A stretch of 63,949 nt of DNA, filler included, from Acidimicrobiia bacterium (GTDB lineage: Bacteria; Actinomycetota; Acidimicrobiia; Spongiisociales; CAZKJJ01), in the NCBI GenBank assembly GCA_046759765.1. It is 4 parts of 4 records of this genome, joined end to end, with 100 filler letters (N's around TTAATTAATTAA, not from the genome) between each part and the next. Parts side by side here need not be neighbours in the genome. Positions count along the whole stretch, not along the records: positions 17,824 to 35,105 come from JBHICV010000040.1; 3 more parts are not named here. One strand, given 5' to 3'. The notes under the pieces were generated by a model. That model did no database searches. It was not told the DNA's origin and saw only the letters and a program-made list of their open reading frames with translations. Position 1 is the stretch's first letter; the number at the start of each line of letters is the position of its first letter. This document shows positions 18,810 through 28,668 of the stretch, in pieces. The position numbers and the translations under genes are program-made.

Positions 18810-20080
18810 GGCCGCTCCACGGCTGCCCCCCTCTGGGGACCTACGGAGATCCAACTGATCGGCACTCCGGTGCGCTCCTCGATGTGCTCTACGTATTGCT
18901 GGGCTTCTTTGGGGAGGTCGTCGTAGGTTCGGACGTTGGTGATATCTGCCTTCCAGCCGGGCAGCTCTTCGTAGATTGGTGTGCAGTTATATAGGACCCT
19001 TTGCTGGCGCGGAAACTCCGTGTATCGCTCGCCGAGCGACGTATACGCGTCACAGACGTTGATGCTCTCGAATGAGGACAGCACGTCAAGCTTGGTCAAG
19101 TACAGCTCCGTGAGGCTGTTGATCCGCACGGAATAGCGGAGCGCCACGAGATCCAACCAGCCGCACCGACGGCGGCGCCCTGTTACGGTCCCGTACTCGC
19201 CGCCCACCCTGACCATCGTCTCTCCGGCTTCGTCGTGTAGCTCAGTGGGGAAAGGCCCGGTCCCGACTCGGGATATGTACGCCTTCGCCACGCCGACCAC
19301 CTCGTCGATGGCCCCCGGACCGACTCCGGAGCCGGTCATTGCGCCCCCGGCAGTGGGGTTCGAGGCCGTTACGAAAGGATATGTTCCATGGTCGATGTCA
19401 AGCAGCGTTCCCTGCGCGCCTTCAAAGAGGATGCGCTGGTCGTTCTCCAAAGCCATCGCCAGGAGGAGAGATACATCAGCGACGTAGGGCAATAGCATCG
19501 GCGCGTAGCCGAGGTACTCCTCCGCGATCTGTTCGGCATCCATTGCGAGCTGGTTGTACACCCGAGTAAGGATCTTGTTCTTCTCCCTGAGGACTTGATC
19601 GAGCTTGTCACTGAAAATCTTCGGGTCGAAGAGGTCCTGGATTCTGATGCCCTGGCGGGCGTACTTATCGGTGTAAGCAGGTCCGATGCCTTTCCTCGTA
19701 GTGCCGATCTGTTGGCGGCCCAGATAGCGCTCCATCACCGCGTCGAGCTTCCGGTGGTACGGCATGATCAGATGCGCGTTGCCCGAGATTCGAAGCCGGG
19801 AGGGATCGACGTCCCGATCTCGAAGCATGTCCATCTCGTCGATGAGAACTTTGGGATCAACGACGCACCCTGAACCGATGACTGGAGTGACCCGCCGGTA
19901 CATCACTCCACTGGGTATTAGCGAAAGGGCGAATCGCTCTTCGCCGATCACGACTGTGTGGCCAGCGTTGTTCCCGCCCTGATAGCGGACAACGACGTCG
20001 GCGGTCTCGGCGAGCTGGTCCGTGACTCGACCCTTGCCCTCATCACCCCATTGGGTGCCGAGCACGATCGTTGCGGGCAT
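18806..20080 (-). CDS. purA: Adenylosuccinate synthetase
   Basis: QWGDEGKG, GGNNAGHT, EGAQG-LDIDHGTYPFVT, EYGTVTGRRRRCGW. Confidence 0.97.
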   Translation of the reverse strand: MPATIVLGTQWGDEGKGRVTDQLAETADVVVRYQGGNNAGHTVVIGEERFALSLIPSGVMYRRVTPVIGSGCVVDPKVLIDEMDMLRDRDVDPSRLRISGNAHLIMPYHRKLDAVMERYLGRQQIGTTRKGIGPAYTDKYARQGIRIQDLFDPKIFSDKLDQVLREKNKILTRVYNQLAMDAEQIAEEYLGYAPMLLPYVADVSLLLAMALENDQRILFEGAQGTLLDIDHGTYPFVTASNPTAGGAMTGSGVGPGAIDEVVGVAKAYISRVGTGPFPTELHDEAGETMVRVGGEYGTVTGRRRRCGWLDLVALRYSVRINSLTELYLTKLDVLSSFESINVCDAYTSLGERYTEFPRQQRVLYNCTPIYEELPGWKADITNVRTYDDLPKEAQQYVEHIEERTGVPISWISVGPQRGAAVERP

Positions 20081-20159
20081 CGCCCAGACGATAAACCTGA
20101 TGCGATATCCAGACGACCGGGGCCTCTGATGCCCTGGTTCACTACCTAGGATTCACCCC

Positions 20160-20768
20160 ATGCCTCGCATCCGCGCGGCCACGATCGCTGAGCACAAAGC
20201 TCTCACCCGCACCGAGCTCCTCGATGCCGCCGAAGATCTCTTCAGCCGCCACGGATACGAAGCGACGTCGCTCGGGGATGTCGCAGCCTTCGTGGGAATC
20301 GGCCGAACGACCGTATACGAGTACTTCACCGACAAGGAAGATCTGCTTGCTTCCCTGGTCGAGGAGAGACTTCCGGAGTTGATCGACCAGGTAGTAGTAG
20401 GCATACCGCAGCGCGCACCCGCGGCTGACCAGCTCAGTGAGCTGGCCGTTCGCATGATCGAGTTTGTCGCGACCGAGCCCACCCTCGGGGTGCTACTCCA
20501 CCGGGCTGTGCCCAAGCTGTCCGAAGAGGCGCAGGAGCGCGTGCGAGTTGCTCACGAGGGTCTCGCCCGGGAGTTTGGAAGGGTCTACCGGCTCGGAGTT
20601 GAAGCGGGAGAGCTACGGTCGGTTCCCAAAGATCTTGCCGGCCGGCTGATTCAGGACATCATCATGTCGGCCGCCAAGGTTCTCAACGAGGATCCTGATC
20701 CCACCAGCCGCATGGACGAGGTGTCAGGAGCGGCGAGGACGGTTCTGCTGCACGGTCTTTCCGTATAG
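20160..20768 (+). CDS. TetR family regulator
   Basis: LF-HGYEATSLGDVA-VGIGRTTVYEYF-DKEDL. Confidence 0.9.
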   Translation: MPRIRAATIAEHKALTRTELLDAAEDLFSRHGYEATSLGDVAAFVGIGRTTVYEYFTDKEDLLASLVEERLPELIDQVVVGIPQRAPAADQLSELAVRMIEFVATEPTLGVLLHRAVPKLSEEAQERVRVAHEGLAREFGRVYRLGVEAGELRSVPKDLAGRLIQDIIMSAAKVLNEDPDPTSRMDEVSGAARTVLLHGLSV

Positions 20769-20774
20769 CCGCGA

Positions 20775-21572
20775 TTACCCGGCCGTGCTCGGTCGCATCG
20801 CGTAGAAAATCGCCTCCGCGATCGCCGGGAGATCGGCATTTCGGAGGGCAAGGTCGGGTCGTCGACCGTGGCGGCGGAGTGCACCCATCGTTGCCCGCCC
20901 GACCGTGACGACGAAGGTGTTGGCCAGGCCTCGGGAGAGAAGCCACCCATCGACGGCTTGTGGGTGCGTGAATATGACTCCTTCAACCGGCTCGCGCGGA
21001 GCAGGCTCGGCCAACAGTTCGTACACGGCGACCGCCGTGAGGCTCCTGGCCGCGTCCGCCAGAGTGAGGGCCACTCTCGGGTCTGCGCCTCGGGCGTGAG
21101 GGAACGCCACGTCGAGACCGCCCAGACCCGGTGCCACCATCTGGGCCAGGTCGGCGGCCGTTCCCGTGCCGGATGCCCAGACTGTTCCTCCCCGTTTTTC
21201 CACTTCTTCAGCCGTGCCGGCGCCGCATACCGCTGCCCTCGTGCTTGGGAGGCCCGCATCCCACAGAAGAGCAATGGGACGAGGCGAGGTAAAGACCATC
21301 ACATCCGCGTCCTCACAGGAAGCAGCGGCCCGTGCCAATTCTGCCGGTTCCGACGCCTCCGCGCGGACGGCCGGCAAAGACAGAGGTTCTAAGCCCTGGG
21401 CGGCTAGGGCGGCCAGGAGAGGTTCGGCTCTGTCGGCTGTGGTCGTGACCGCAAGTCGCACGGTCCCGCCCACGCTACGCGGCTGTCTTAGGGGATGCCT
21501 GGGATCGCGAAAGCCTCCGCTGCCGGCTTCTTCGAGCTGACCGCCGCTCATGGAACGATCTGGTTCCTTCAT
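20775..21572 (-). CDS. hemD: Uroporphyrinogen-III synthase HemD-like (true start may be GTG 21461)
   Basis: VMVFTSP, VCGAGTA, VAVYE, VTVGRAT-AL-G. Confidence 0.65.
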   Translation of the reverse strand: MKEPDRSMSGGQLEEAGSGGFRDPRHPLRQPRSVGGTVRLAVTTTADRAEPLLAALAAQGLEPLSLPAVRAEASEPAELARAAASCEDADVMVFTSPRPIALLWDAGLPSTRAAVCGAGTAEEVEKRGGTVWASGTGTAADLAQMVAPGLGGLDVAFPHARGADPRVALTLADAARSLTAVAVYELLAEPAPREPVEGVIFTHPQAVDGWLLSRGLANTFVVTVGRATMGALRRHGRRPDLALRNADLPAIAEAIFYAMRPSTAG

Positions 21573-21636
21573 GAGATGTCCGATGAGCTAACCTGGCGTC
21601 TGCTTCGAGGCACCTCACCATCGAGGAGCATCACCC

Positions 21637-22161
21637 TTGGACGAACATCTTTCAGTCAGTCGATCCACGCGGACCCCCCGTGGGGAAATCGTCGTCTTAG
21701 CCGCTACCGAGGCCCCGCCGGTCAGGACCGAGGTCCTCCACTTCCAAACGGAAGGGTCGAATGACGTCGTAGATGTAACCGACCTCGCCCGGGAAGTACT
21801 GAAGCGGTCAGGGGTTAAGCACGGCCAACTGACCTTGCACACGCCGCACACGACCACGAGCCTCGTGATCAACGAGGCTGAGGCAGGTTTTCTCAACGAC
21901 TACCGGAGACGGCTGGAGGCCCTGGTTCCTTCCGATCTCTACTACGAACACGACGACTGGGAGATCCGCACTGAGAATCTTCAGGAAGACGAGCTATTGA
22001 ACGGACCAGCCCACGTTCGCCAGGTTCTGGTCGGAGGTGCATCTGCCACCGTGCCTGTGGTAGACGGTCAGCTGCTGCTCGGGCAATGGCAGCGGTTCCT
22101 ATTCATCGAGCTCGATCAGGCGCGGGAGCGGCGCGTCATAGTCCACGCGCAGGGCGTCTGA
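21637..22161 (+). CDS. YjbQ/UPF0047 family protein
   Basis: PHTTTSLVINE, YYEHD, NGPAH, LLLGQWQRFLFIELD-R. Confidence 0.88.
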   Translation: MDEHLSVSRSTRTPRGEIVVLAATEAPPVRTEVLHFQTEGSNDVVDVTDLAREVLKRSGVKHGQLTLHTPHTTTSLVINEAEAGFLNDYRRRLEALVPSDLYYEHDDWEIRTENLQEDELLNGPAHVRQVLVGGASATVPVVDGQLLLGQWQRFLFIELDQARERRVIVHAQGV

Positions 22162-22201
22162 GAGCCCACTCGACACTCCTTCCGAAGACAATGCTTCCCT
22201 A

Positions 22202-23440
22202 ATGGGTGATGTGATCTCACGTGTCACTTCGGAGTTCGCGGCGCGGTATGGGCAGCCAGCGAAACTCGTCGCCCGTGCGCCGGGCCGCGTCAACCTGATT
22301 GGCGAGCACACCGACTACTCGCTTCTGCCGGTTCTTCCGATGGCCATCGACCGATCAGTACTGGTGGCCGCCGGACCAGGCCGCGGTGGGCTTCTAGAGG
22401 CAGACTCGCTCTCGCGGCCGTCGCCGCTGGCGACCAGGGCACCCTTCGCCGTAGAGAAGGCCGCCACCTGGCACCGCTATATCGCCGCCGCGGTGGCCAC
22501 TGTGGGAGAAAGGTCTGAGGGAGCGCAGTTACTCATCGGAGGCGATCTTCCGTCGGAGGGTGGTCTCTCTTCGTCTTCCGCGCTCACCGTTGCCCTGGTG
22601 GCGGCGCTGAATGGACTGTGGCAGCTGGGTTTCGACGACCAGGGGTTGATCGAAGCCGCGATCGCGGCCGAGCGAGCCACCGGGGTCGAGGGCGGGATGA
22701 TGGATCAGACCGTTATCGTCCGGGCAGCCGAAGGAGCAGCACTTCGTGTGGACTTCGATCCAACTCGGACGCGTCCGGTTCCGATCCCGGAAGGACTCTC
22801 GGTGGTGGCTGCGTATTCGGGCCGGCCGGCCCCGAAGGGAGCCGGCGCGAAGTCGGCTTACAACCGGCTGGTGGTAGCGAGCCGAACGGCAGCCGCGCTC
22901 CTTGGCCGCGGCAGGGATTCCGGACGGCTGGCGAGCCTCGGCCGGTTGGCTCTGATTCCGGATATCAGCTCCTCCGCTGCGGATCTTCCCGAGGCGGCGA
23001 CCGCGGAGATAGTCGCGGCGGAAACAGCGATCCCGACCGAACTGCTGGTGGAGCTCTCTGCCGGCGAGTTTGATCCGGCCGAGGTACTGCCGATTCGAGC
23101 CGCCGCACAGCATGCGTTTTCGGAGGCCAACCGCGTGAACGAGGCAGAGCAAGCCCTGCTGAACGGAGAATGGAGCCGCTTCGGGCAGCTCCTCGACGAT
23201 TCCCAAGCCAGTCTTGTTGCTCTCGGAGTCTCGACCGCGGAACTCGGTCGCCTGGTCGCATCGATGAGGGCGGCCGGGGCGGCCGGTAGCCGTCTCACAG
23301 GAGCCGGATTCGGCGGCTACGCCATCGCCGCGTGCCAGCCGGAGGTCGTACCGCGAGTCATCGAGGCCGCCGAACAAGCCACAGGAGGGCCGTCGTTTGT
23401 TGTGAAGCCCGCCGGCGGGCTCGTTACTTCGGTTATCTGA
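22202..23440 (+). CDS. galK: Galactokinase (GHMP kinase)
   Basis: APGRVNLIGEHTDY, GGLSSSSA, GGMMDQ, SRLTGAGFGG. Confidence 0.85.
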   Translation: MGDVISRVTSEFAARYGQPAKLVARAPGRVNLIGEHTDYSLLPVLPMAIDRSVLVAAGPGRGGLLEADSLSRPSPLATRAPFAVEKAATWHRYIAAAVATVGERSEGAQLLIGGDLPSEGGLSSSSALTVALVAALNGLWQLGFDDQGLIEAAIAAERATGVEGGMMDQTVIVRAAEGAALRVDFDPTRTRPVPIPEGLSVVAAYSGRPAPKGAGAKSAYNRLVVASRTAAALLGRGRDSGRLASLGRLALIPDISSSAADLPEAATAEIVAAETAIPTELLVELSAGEFDPAEVLPIRAAAQHAFSEANRVNEAEQALLNGEWSRFGQLLDDSQASLVALGVSTAELGRLVASMRAAGAAGSRLTGAGFGGYAIAACQPEVVPRVIEAAEQATGGPSFVVKPAGGLVTSVI

Positions 23441-23463
23441 ATGGGGCTTCGGGCGGCGGAAAT

Positions 23464-24621
23464 TCAGTCCGGCGACTGGCCGAGCTCGCTCCATCGGTCG
23501 GCTGTGGCGAGATCGATCACGGTCCAGGCCATGCCGAGGGCACCGTCACGGATGGCCTTCTCTCCGTCTGGCGTGATCGTGTGGGCTGCGAACTCGGGTT
23601 GGTGATTGACGGCCGGCAGTGAGTTGATGTCGAGCATCGGGTGAAGCGAGGGAAGAACGTGGCTCACGTTGCCCATGTCCGTTGATCCTGCCTCGCCGAC
23701 CATCAGATCCGAGCCTCGTAGCATTGTGCGCCCGAGAGCAGAGGCGTTTGCGTTGAACAGCTGTCTGAGGAGCGGGTCTGTCACTAGATCCTCATAGGGT
23801 TCGCCCAGCTCTTCAGAGTCCCAGGTGCAACCAGTCGCGGCGGCCGCAGCCTCGAAACACGCCATCACTCTCTGAGTCAGCTCCTCGAGTCGTTCCATCG
23901 TGTCGGCTCTTATGTACCAGGAGGAGTGGGTGTAGGCGGGGATGATGTTGGGCGCGGCGCCTCCCCTGTTGATGATTCCGTGAATCTTGTCGGTTGGGTA
24001 GAGGTGCTGGCGGAGAGTGGACACGTTGACATACGCCTGGACGAAGGCGTCAAGCGCATTGATGCCTTCCTGAGGTGTGGCGGCTGCGTGGGCTGTCTTT
24101 CCGTGGTATTCGACATCGAGGTGTCGGACGGCAAGGGACTGAGGATCGAGAACATTCTTGGGGGAGGGGTGAACCATCATCGCCGCGGCGCCGGTCTGGA
24201 ATGCCCCGGCCCGGATGAGGTCGATCTTGCCTCCCAGCTTCTCTTCGGCTGGAGTTCCGAGAACGGTCACTTTGATGCCGAGGTCGTCGGCCACCGCGGC
24301 GAGGGCGTAGCCGGCGCCCAGCGCCGAGGTAGCAATCAGGTTGTGACCGCACGCGTGCCCGACGTCGGGGAGGGCGTCGTACTCCGCGCAGATGATGATC
24401 TCCGGTCCCTCGCTTCCCGTTCGGCCCGCGAACGCGGTGTTCAGTCCGTAGGCGGGGAATTCAACGTCAAAACCTCGTTCCTCGAGAAATTGAGCTAGAC
24501 GCCGGGAGGTCTGATGCTCCTGGTTGCCGAGCTCCGGATGGTCGTACATCCAGCGACTGATCTGTCTCAGCTCCGGCTCGACCTCCATGAGTCGTTGCTC
24601 AGCCAGCTCCTTGTGATTCAT
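23464..24621 (-). CDS. M20 family amidohydrolase
   Basis: HPELG, AEYDALP-GHACGHN, GTPAEE, GSTDMGNVS. Confidence 0.92.
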   Translation of the reverse strand: MNHKELAEQRLMEVEPELRQISRWMYDHPELGNQEHQTSRRLAQFLEERGFDVEFPAYGLNTAFAGRTGSEGPEIIICAEYDALPDVGHACGHNLIATSALGAGYALAAVADDLGIKVTVLGTPAEEKLGGKIDLIRAGAFQTGAAAMMVHPSPKNVLDPQSLAVRHLDVEYHGKTAHAAATPQEGINALDAFVQAYVNVSTLRQHLYPTDKIHGIINRGGAAPNIIPAYTHSSWYIRADTMERLEELTQRVMACFEAAAAATGCTWDSEELGEPYEDLVTDPLLRQLFNANASALGRTMLRGSDLMVGEAGSTDMGNVSHVLPSLHPMLDINSLPAVNHQPEFAAHTITPDGEKAIRDGALGMAWTVIDLATADRWSELGQSPD

Positions 24622-24633
24622 GACGGGGGGAGA

Positions 24634-25587
24634 CTACGGCACTCCTCCCTGGAGTATCGTTCTGAACTTGTCCATGTCGATGTTGCCGCCTGAGACGACG
24701 CAGACCACCTTTCCTTCGCCTGCGGCGCCGCTCAGTGCGGCCGCCACCGGGACGGCACCAGCCCCTTCGGCTATTACCCGCCCTCTCTCGGCCAGCAAGC
24801 GGACTGCAGCCGCGGTTGCGGGCACGGTGGTGGTCACCACTCCGTCGAGCAGCTGCCTGGCGAGGTCCAGCATCTCCGGGTATACGACAGGCGCGCCGAT
24901 CCCGTCAATGAAGGTGGCGGCGAAGGGCACCTCGACTGGATGTCCTGGTTCCCACGAGGCCGCCAGCGGTGCCATCTCGGCGAACTCCGCCGCCAGGATT
25001 CTCGTCTCGGGACGGAGAGACCTGATTGCCGAGGCGATCCCGCCCACGAGACCTCCGCCTCCGAAAGGAACGACGATCGCATCGAGGTCGGGCACGTCCT
25101 CGATGATCTCGAGGCCAATCGTTCCGTTGCCGGCCATCACTGCCGGGTCGCTGAAGGCGTGTATGAAGAGTCCCTCAAGACCTCGGAATGCTCTCGTACG
25201 AAAGACGTCGAGCCACTCCTGTACCGGGACCTCGATAAGAGAAGCACCGAGGCGCTCGATCGAGCTCCGCTTAGAGGCGGGAGTGGTCTCCGGGACGACC
25301 ACGGTGCATGGAATGTTCAGCCGCCGGGCATGCCATGCAACGCCTTGGGCCATGTTTCCGGCCGAAGCTGTCCAGACGCCTTCGGTGAGCTGCTCCTGCT
25401 CCAGCCCTGCAATGGCATTGCCGGCACCGCGTAGCTTGAACGAGCCTATGGGCTGGAGGTTCTCGAGCTTCAGATAGATCTCGGCCGGAGCTTCGACCTC
25501 GAGTTGGATGACCGGCGTCCGGACGACATGGGCTCTTATGTTCTCGCGTGCCCTTTGGATCTTCTCTAATGGGACTGGCTGGTGCAT
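24634..25587 (-). CDS. PLP-dependent serine/threonine dehydratase family enzyme
   Basis: KLENLQPIGSFKLRG, ASAGN, PFGGGGL, VSGGNID. Confidence 0.9.
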   Translation of the reverse strand: MHQPVPLEKIQRARENIRAHVVRTPVIQLEVEAPAEIYLKLENLQPIGSFKLRGAGNAIAGLEQEQLTEGVWTASAGNMAQGVAWHARRLNIPCTVVVPETTPASKRSSIERLGASLIEVPVQEWLDVFRTRAFRGLEGLFIHAFSDPAVMAGNGTIGLEIIEDVPDLDAIVVPFGGGGLVGGIASAIRSLRPETRILAAEFAEMAPLAASWEPGHPVEVPFAATFIDGIGAPVVYPEMLDLARQLLDGVVTTTVPATAAAVRLLAERGRVIAEGAGAVPVAAALSGAAGEGKVVCVVSGGNIDMDKFRTILQGGVP

Positions 25588-25644
25588 CGCGCGCGGACGC
25601 TAGCGGTCCGCGGCAAAGAGCCTCTCTCTCGGTACTCTGCGCGC

Positions 25645-26166
25645 GTGGCCCGGTACCTGCTGACGCTTCTCCTGCTGGCCGCCGCCTGCTCAAAGACGCC
25701 CGAGGCCGCCACGACCCTGGCGCCGTCTCCGACTGCGACTGCGACCACGCTGCCACCGGCTGCGGTTCCTCACACGACCGTTGTGGATTCGGATCTGCCC
25801 TGTCGCCCGCCGATCTTCGCTCCTCGCCAACTACCTGCTCGGGTTGCCGATACGGCTCCGGCCGCGGCAGCCGTCGAAGTCGACCAGTGGACTGCGTTGC
25901 CGGGCACGTCGCTTGCGATCTGGACGGACGCAACCGGCACTCCGGTGGTAGCGCTGGTCAGAGGCGCTCTACCCCCGGAACGTTGGTCGGCCCGGCCGGC
26001 GGTAATCGAGATACGCGGCACCGACGCGGCGCTGGGTCCGCTGAGCGACGGGATGTGGGCGGCGGCCTGGTTCGAGGGACCAAGCCGGTGTGATGACTAC
26101 ACGCTGTATGTGTATCCACCGACGAGCGCGGAGGAAACGCAAGCGATAGCAGAGTCAATCAGCTGA
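25645..26166 (+). CDS. Lipoprotein, hypothetical
   Basis: lipobox LAAAC after hydrophobic stretch; TACTCT-N6-GTG leaderless start. Confidence 0.7.
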   Translation: MARYLLTLLLLAAACSKTPEAATTLAPSPTATATTLPPAAVPHTTVVDSDLPCRPPIFAPRQLPARVADTAPAAAAVEVDQWTALPGTSLAIWTDATGTPVVALVRGALPPERWSARPAVIEIRGTDAALGPLSDGMWAAAWFEGPSRCDDYTLYVYPPTSAEETQAIAESIS

Positions 26167-26169
26167 GGC

Positions 26170-26222
26170 CGCGTTCCTGTCAATCTCAGCCGCGCTTTCC
26201 GCAGTTCATATTGACAGGAAAC
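26170..26222. repeat. Extragenic palindrome copy 4 (inverted relative to copies 3 and 5)
   Basis: CGCGTTCCTGTCAATC-TCAGCCGCGCTTTCCGCAGTTCA(23)-TATTGACAGGAAAC; spacer 16/23 identical to reverse complement of copy 3 spacer. Confidence 0.88.
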
Positions 26223-26292
26223 CCAAACTGACCTTCTACCCGACCGCCGACTCCCTGGTTGTGACATACTCAGGGAGAAGGGAGGACGGGCC

Positions 26293-26466
26293 GTGCTCGC
26301 CAAGGGAAACCGGGTGCAGGTGCTGACGAAGAAGGTAGGCCAGGTCCCCCGGACCGGTGTCGTCAAGGACGTCCGGGGGAACTGGGTCGACGTGCGCTGG
26401 GACGATGGCCGTCTGACCACCGTCACCGGCAACACCCTCGTCAGAGTTACCAAGCACCAGACGTAA
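26293..26466 (+). CDS. 57-aa basic SH3-like protein (DUF1918-like), not in ORF track
   Basis: GGAGG RBS then GTG; MLAKGNRVQVLTKKVGQVPRTGVVKDVRGNWVDVRWDDG... Confidence 0.65.
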   Translation: MLAKGNRVQVLTKKVGQVPRTGVVKDVRGNWVDVRWDDGRLTTVTGNTLVRVTKHQT

Positions 26467-26490
26467 GACCGCTCCCGCCCTGGCGGGTCG

Positions 26491-27432
26491 TCAGCCTGCC
26501 GCTGGCGGAGGCGGCGATTGCTGCTCGCCGTCCTCGCTGAACATGTCCTTGATCGCGCCGAGGCTGCTCAGGATTCCGGACGTCTCAATCGGCAGGAACA
26601 ACTTGGTCGCCTGCCCGTCCGCAATGGTTCCCAGCGCATCGAGATAGCGAATCGTGATTAGATCCGGCGTGGGATCGCCGGTGTGGATCGCTCCGAAGAC
26701 CCGTTCGATGGCCCGACCTTCACCTTCGGCCACGGTCTCTTTCTGATAACGCTCTGCGTCGGCGACCTTCTTGATCGCTTCAGCCTGCCCCTCCGCTTCA
26801 CGGATCCGAGCTTCCTTGACGCCCTCCGCCTGGAGGATGGCGGCGCGCTTGTCACCTTCCGCCTCGGTAACCACGGCCCTTCGGTCACGCTCCGCCTTCA
26901 TCTGGCGGTGCATCGCCTCAGTGACGTCCGCTGGCGGATCGATGCGCTGAATCTCGACGCGAACGACGCGGGTACCCCACACGTCGGTGGCTTCATCGAG
27001 GATGTCGCGAAGCTGGACATTTATGTGCTCCCTCGACGTGAGGGCATCGTCCAGATCCATGTCGCCAACGACGTTCCTGAGGTTCGTCTGGGCCAGCTTG
27101 GTGGCCGCCAGTATGAAATTGGCGACGTTGTAGCGCAGCTTCACCGGATCCGTCGCCTGGTAGTAGACGACGGCATCGACGGTGACCACGACGTTGTCCT
27201 TGGTTATGACCTCTTGCGGAGGCACGTCGACGACCTGTTCCCGCATGTCGACTCGCTTCAGCGCGTCAACGAAGGGAACGATTATTCGAAGACCGGGATC
27301 TACCGTCTGGCGGTACCTCCCGAATCTCTCCACGAGGCCCTTTTCGTGCTGGGCTACCACCTTGACCGCCATTACGGCGAAGGCGATCAGCACAATGATG
27401 ATTGCCACTAGAACGACAACTGCGGCTTCCAT
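26491..27432 (-). CDS. SPFH/band 7 (stomatin/QmcA-like) protein
   Basis: [30 protein letters not shown]. Confidence 0.93.
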   Translation of the reverse strand: MEAAVVVLVAIIIVLIAFAVMAVKVVAQHEKGLVERFGRYRQTVDPGLRIIVPFVDALKRVDMREQVVDVPPQEVITKDNVVVTVDAVVYYQATDPVKLRYNVANFILAATKLAQTNLRNVVGDMDLDDALTSREHINVQLRDILDEATDVWGTRVVRVEIQRIDPPADVTEAMHRQMKAERDRRAVVTEAEGDKRAAILQAEGVKEARIREAEGQAEAIKKVADAERYQKETVAEGEGRAIERVFGAIHTGDPTPDLITIRYLDALGTIADGQATKLFLPIETSGILSSLGAIKDMFSEDGEQQSPPPPAAG

Positions 27433-27456
27433 TTCCCGAGCTCCTTCCTTAGATCC

Positions 27457-28221
27457 TTAGTTCTCGCGCCGCTCGACCACGAGCCGGGTGCCTACGACCT
27501 CGACGACCGTAACCTCGGTGCCGGCGTGTATGACCCCGTCGCCTTTCGTGGTGGCTCTCCAGACCTCGGTGTCCATTCGCACCTCTCCGGTGCCTGCTCT
27601 CCGATCGACGTCCTCGAGGACGGTCGCCAGACGGCCTGAATAGCGAGTGGCGCCCACGACTACGGGTACCTCGCGCTCCTCCTTTTGCATGAAGCGCTGG
27701 AGGCCTATCAAGGTCAGAATCGAGACGACGATGAAGACGAGCAATTGCAGCGGCACCGAGATGCTGAACCAGGCGAGGATCGCGGCGGCAACGGCGCCAA
27801 TGGCAAAAGGCAGGATGAAGAAAGCGGGCGCCAGCATCTCGGCGATGCCGAGGACTACTGCGGCTATCAACCAGATCCAGCGCCATGCCTGGACTTCTTC
27901 CTCCGGCGCTCGCTCGCCGAACACCAGCGCCAAGATGATTACCGCCACCGCCCCCAATGCCAGGCCTGTGAGACCCGCCCACCTGGCGCGGGGGGTGACC
28001 TCCGGCGCTTCCTCCGTTGTAGCTCCCTGTTCGGCGGCCCAAGCGGCGGCGAAACTCTCGAGGTCGGGACCGACGACCGCTTCCAGCGACTTTCCTTCGC
28101 TCTCGGCGTCGCGCAGGTGAGACTCCAGCTCCGCTTTCATGTCCTCGATGGACTCGGCGGAGACGCCGGCCTCCCTCCAGTAGCGCTCGCTGCTCTGCAC
28201 TATCTGTGAGATCTCAGTCAT
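27457..28221 (-). CDS. NfeD-C family membrane protein with extra N-terminal helical domain
   Basis: W-I-A-L-IAEML-P-FF, GEVRMD-E-WRA, G-EV-VV-V-GT-LVV; N-term EDMKAELESHL-DAE-EGKS-EAVVG-D. Confidence 0.8.
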   Translation of the reverse strand: MTEISQIVQSSERYWREAGVSAESIEDMKAELESHLRDAESEGKSLEAVVGPDLESFAAAWAAEQGATTEEAPEVTPRARWAGLTGLALGAVAVIILALVFGERAPEEEVQAWRWIWLIAAVVLGIAEMLAPAFFILPFAIGAVAAAILAWFSISVPLQLLVFIVVSILTLIGLQRFMQKEEREVPVVVGATRYSGRLATVLEDVDRRAGTGEVRMDTEVWRATTKGDGVIHAGTEVTVVEVVGTRLVVERREN

Positions 28222-28555
28222 CCCGTCCTCCGTTGAGCACTGTGTTTACTCCATCTGAAAGCGTCTTCCACTCGTCTTGCCATCGTGCCAGCTCCGTTCG
28301 ACCTTCGCGGCGGATGCGGTAGTACTTTCGAGGCGGACCCTCCTTCGACTCTTCGAAGTACGCCTCCACGAGGCGGCGACGCTGCAGCCGGCTGAGTAGG
28401 GGGTAGATGCTGCCTTCGCTGACGAGGGTGAGGCCGCGGTCCTGTAGCTTCCCGACCATCTCGTATCCGTAGCTCGGCTCCTCTGAGATGAGTGCCAAGA
28501 GGCACATATCGAGTACTCCCTTCAGCAGCTGGGAGCTGCGTTCCATGGTTCCCAT
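28214..28555 (-). CDS. PadR family regulator
   Basis: LLKGVLD-C-L, YGYE, EGSIYPLL-RL, GPPRKYY. Confidence 0.93.
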   Translation of the reverse strand: MGTMERSSQLLKGVLDMCLLALISEEPSYGYEMVGKLQDRGLTLVSEGSIYPLLSRLQRRRLVEAYFEESKEGPPRKYYRIRREGRTELARWQDEWKTLSDGVNTVLNGGRDD

Positions 28556-28588
28556 CGGTACCGTGTCTTGTCGGATACAGTGCTTGGC

Positions 28589-28616
28589 AGGATAGCAGGC
28601 CTTGCCAGGTAGTCAA
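28589..28616 (-). promoter_or_regulatory. Putative sigma70-type promoter of padR operon
   Basis: minus strand TTGACT-N16-TATCCT. Confidence 0.5.
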
Positions 28617-28668
28617 CTACACAAGGTAGTAGTGGAACGGGCGAACACAGTCTTTCGGCCAGCTTTTC

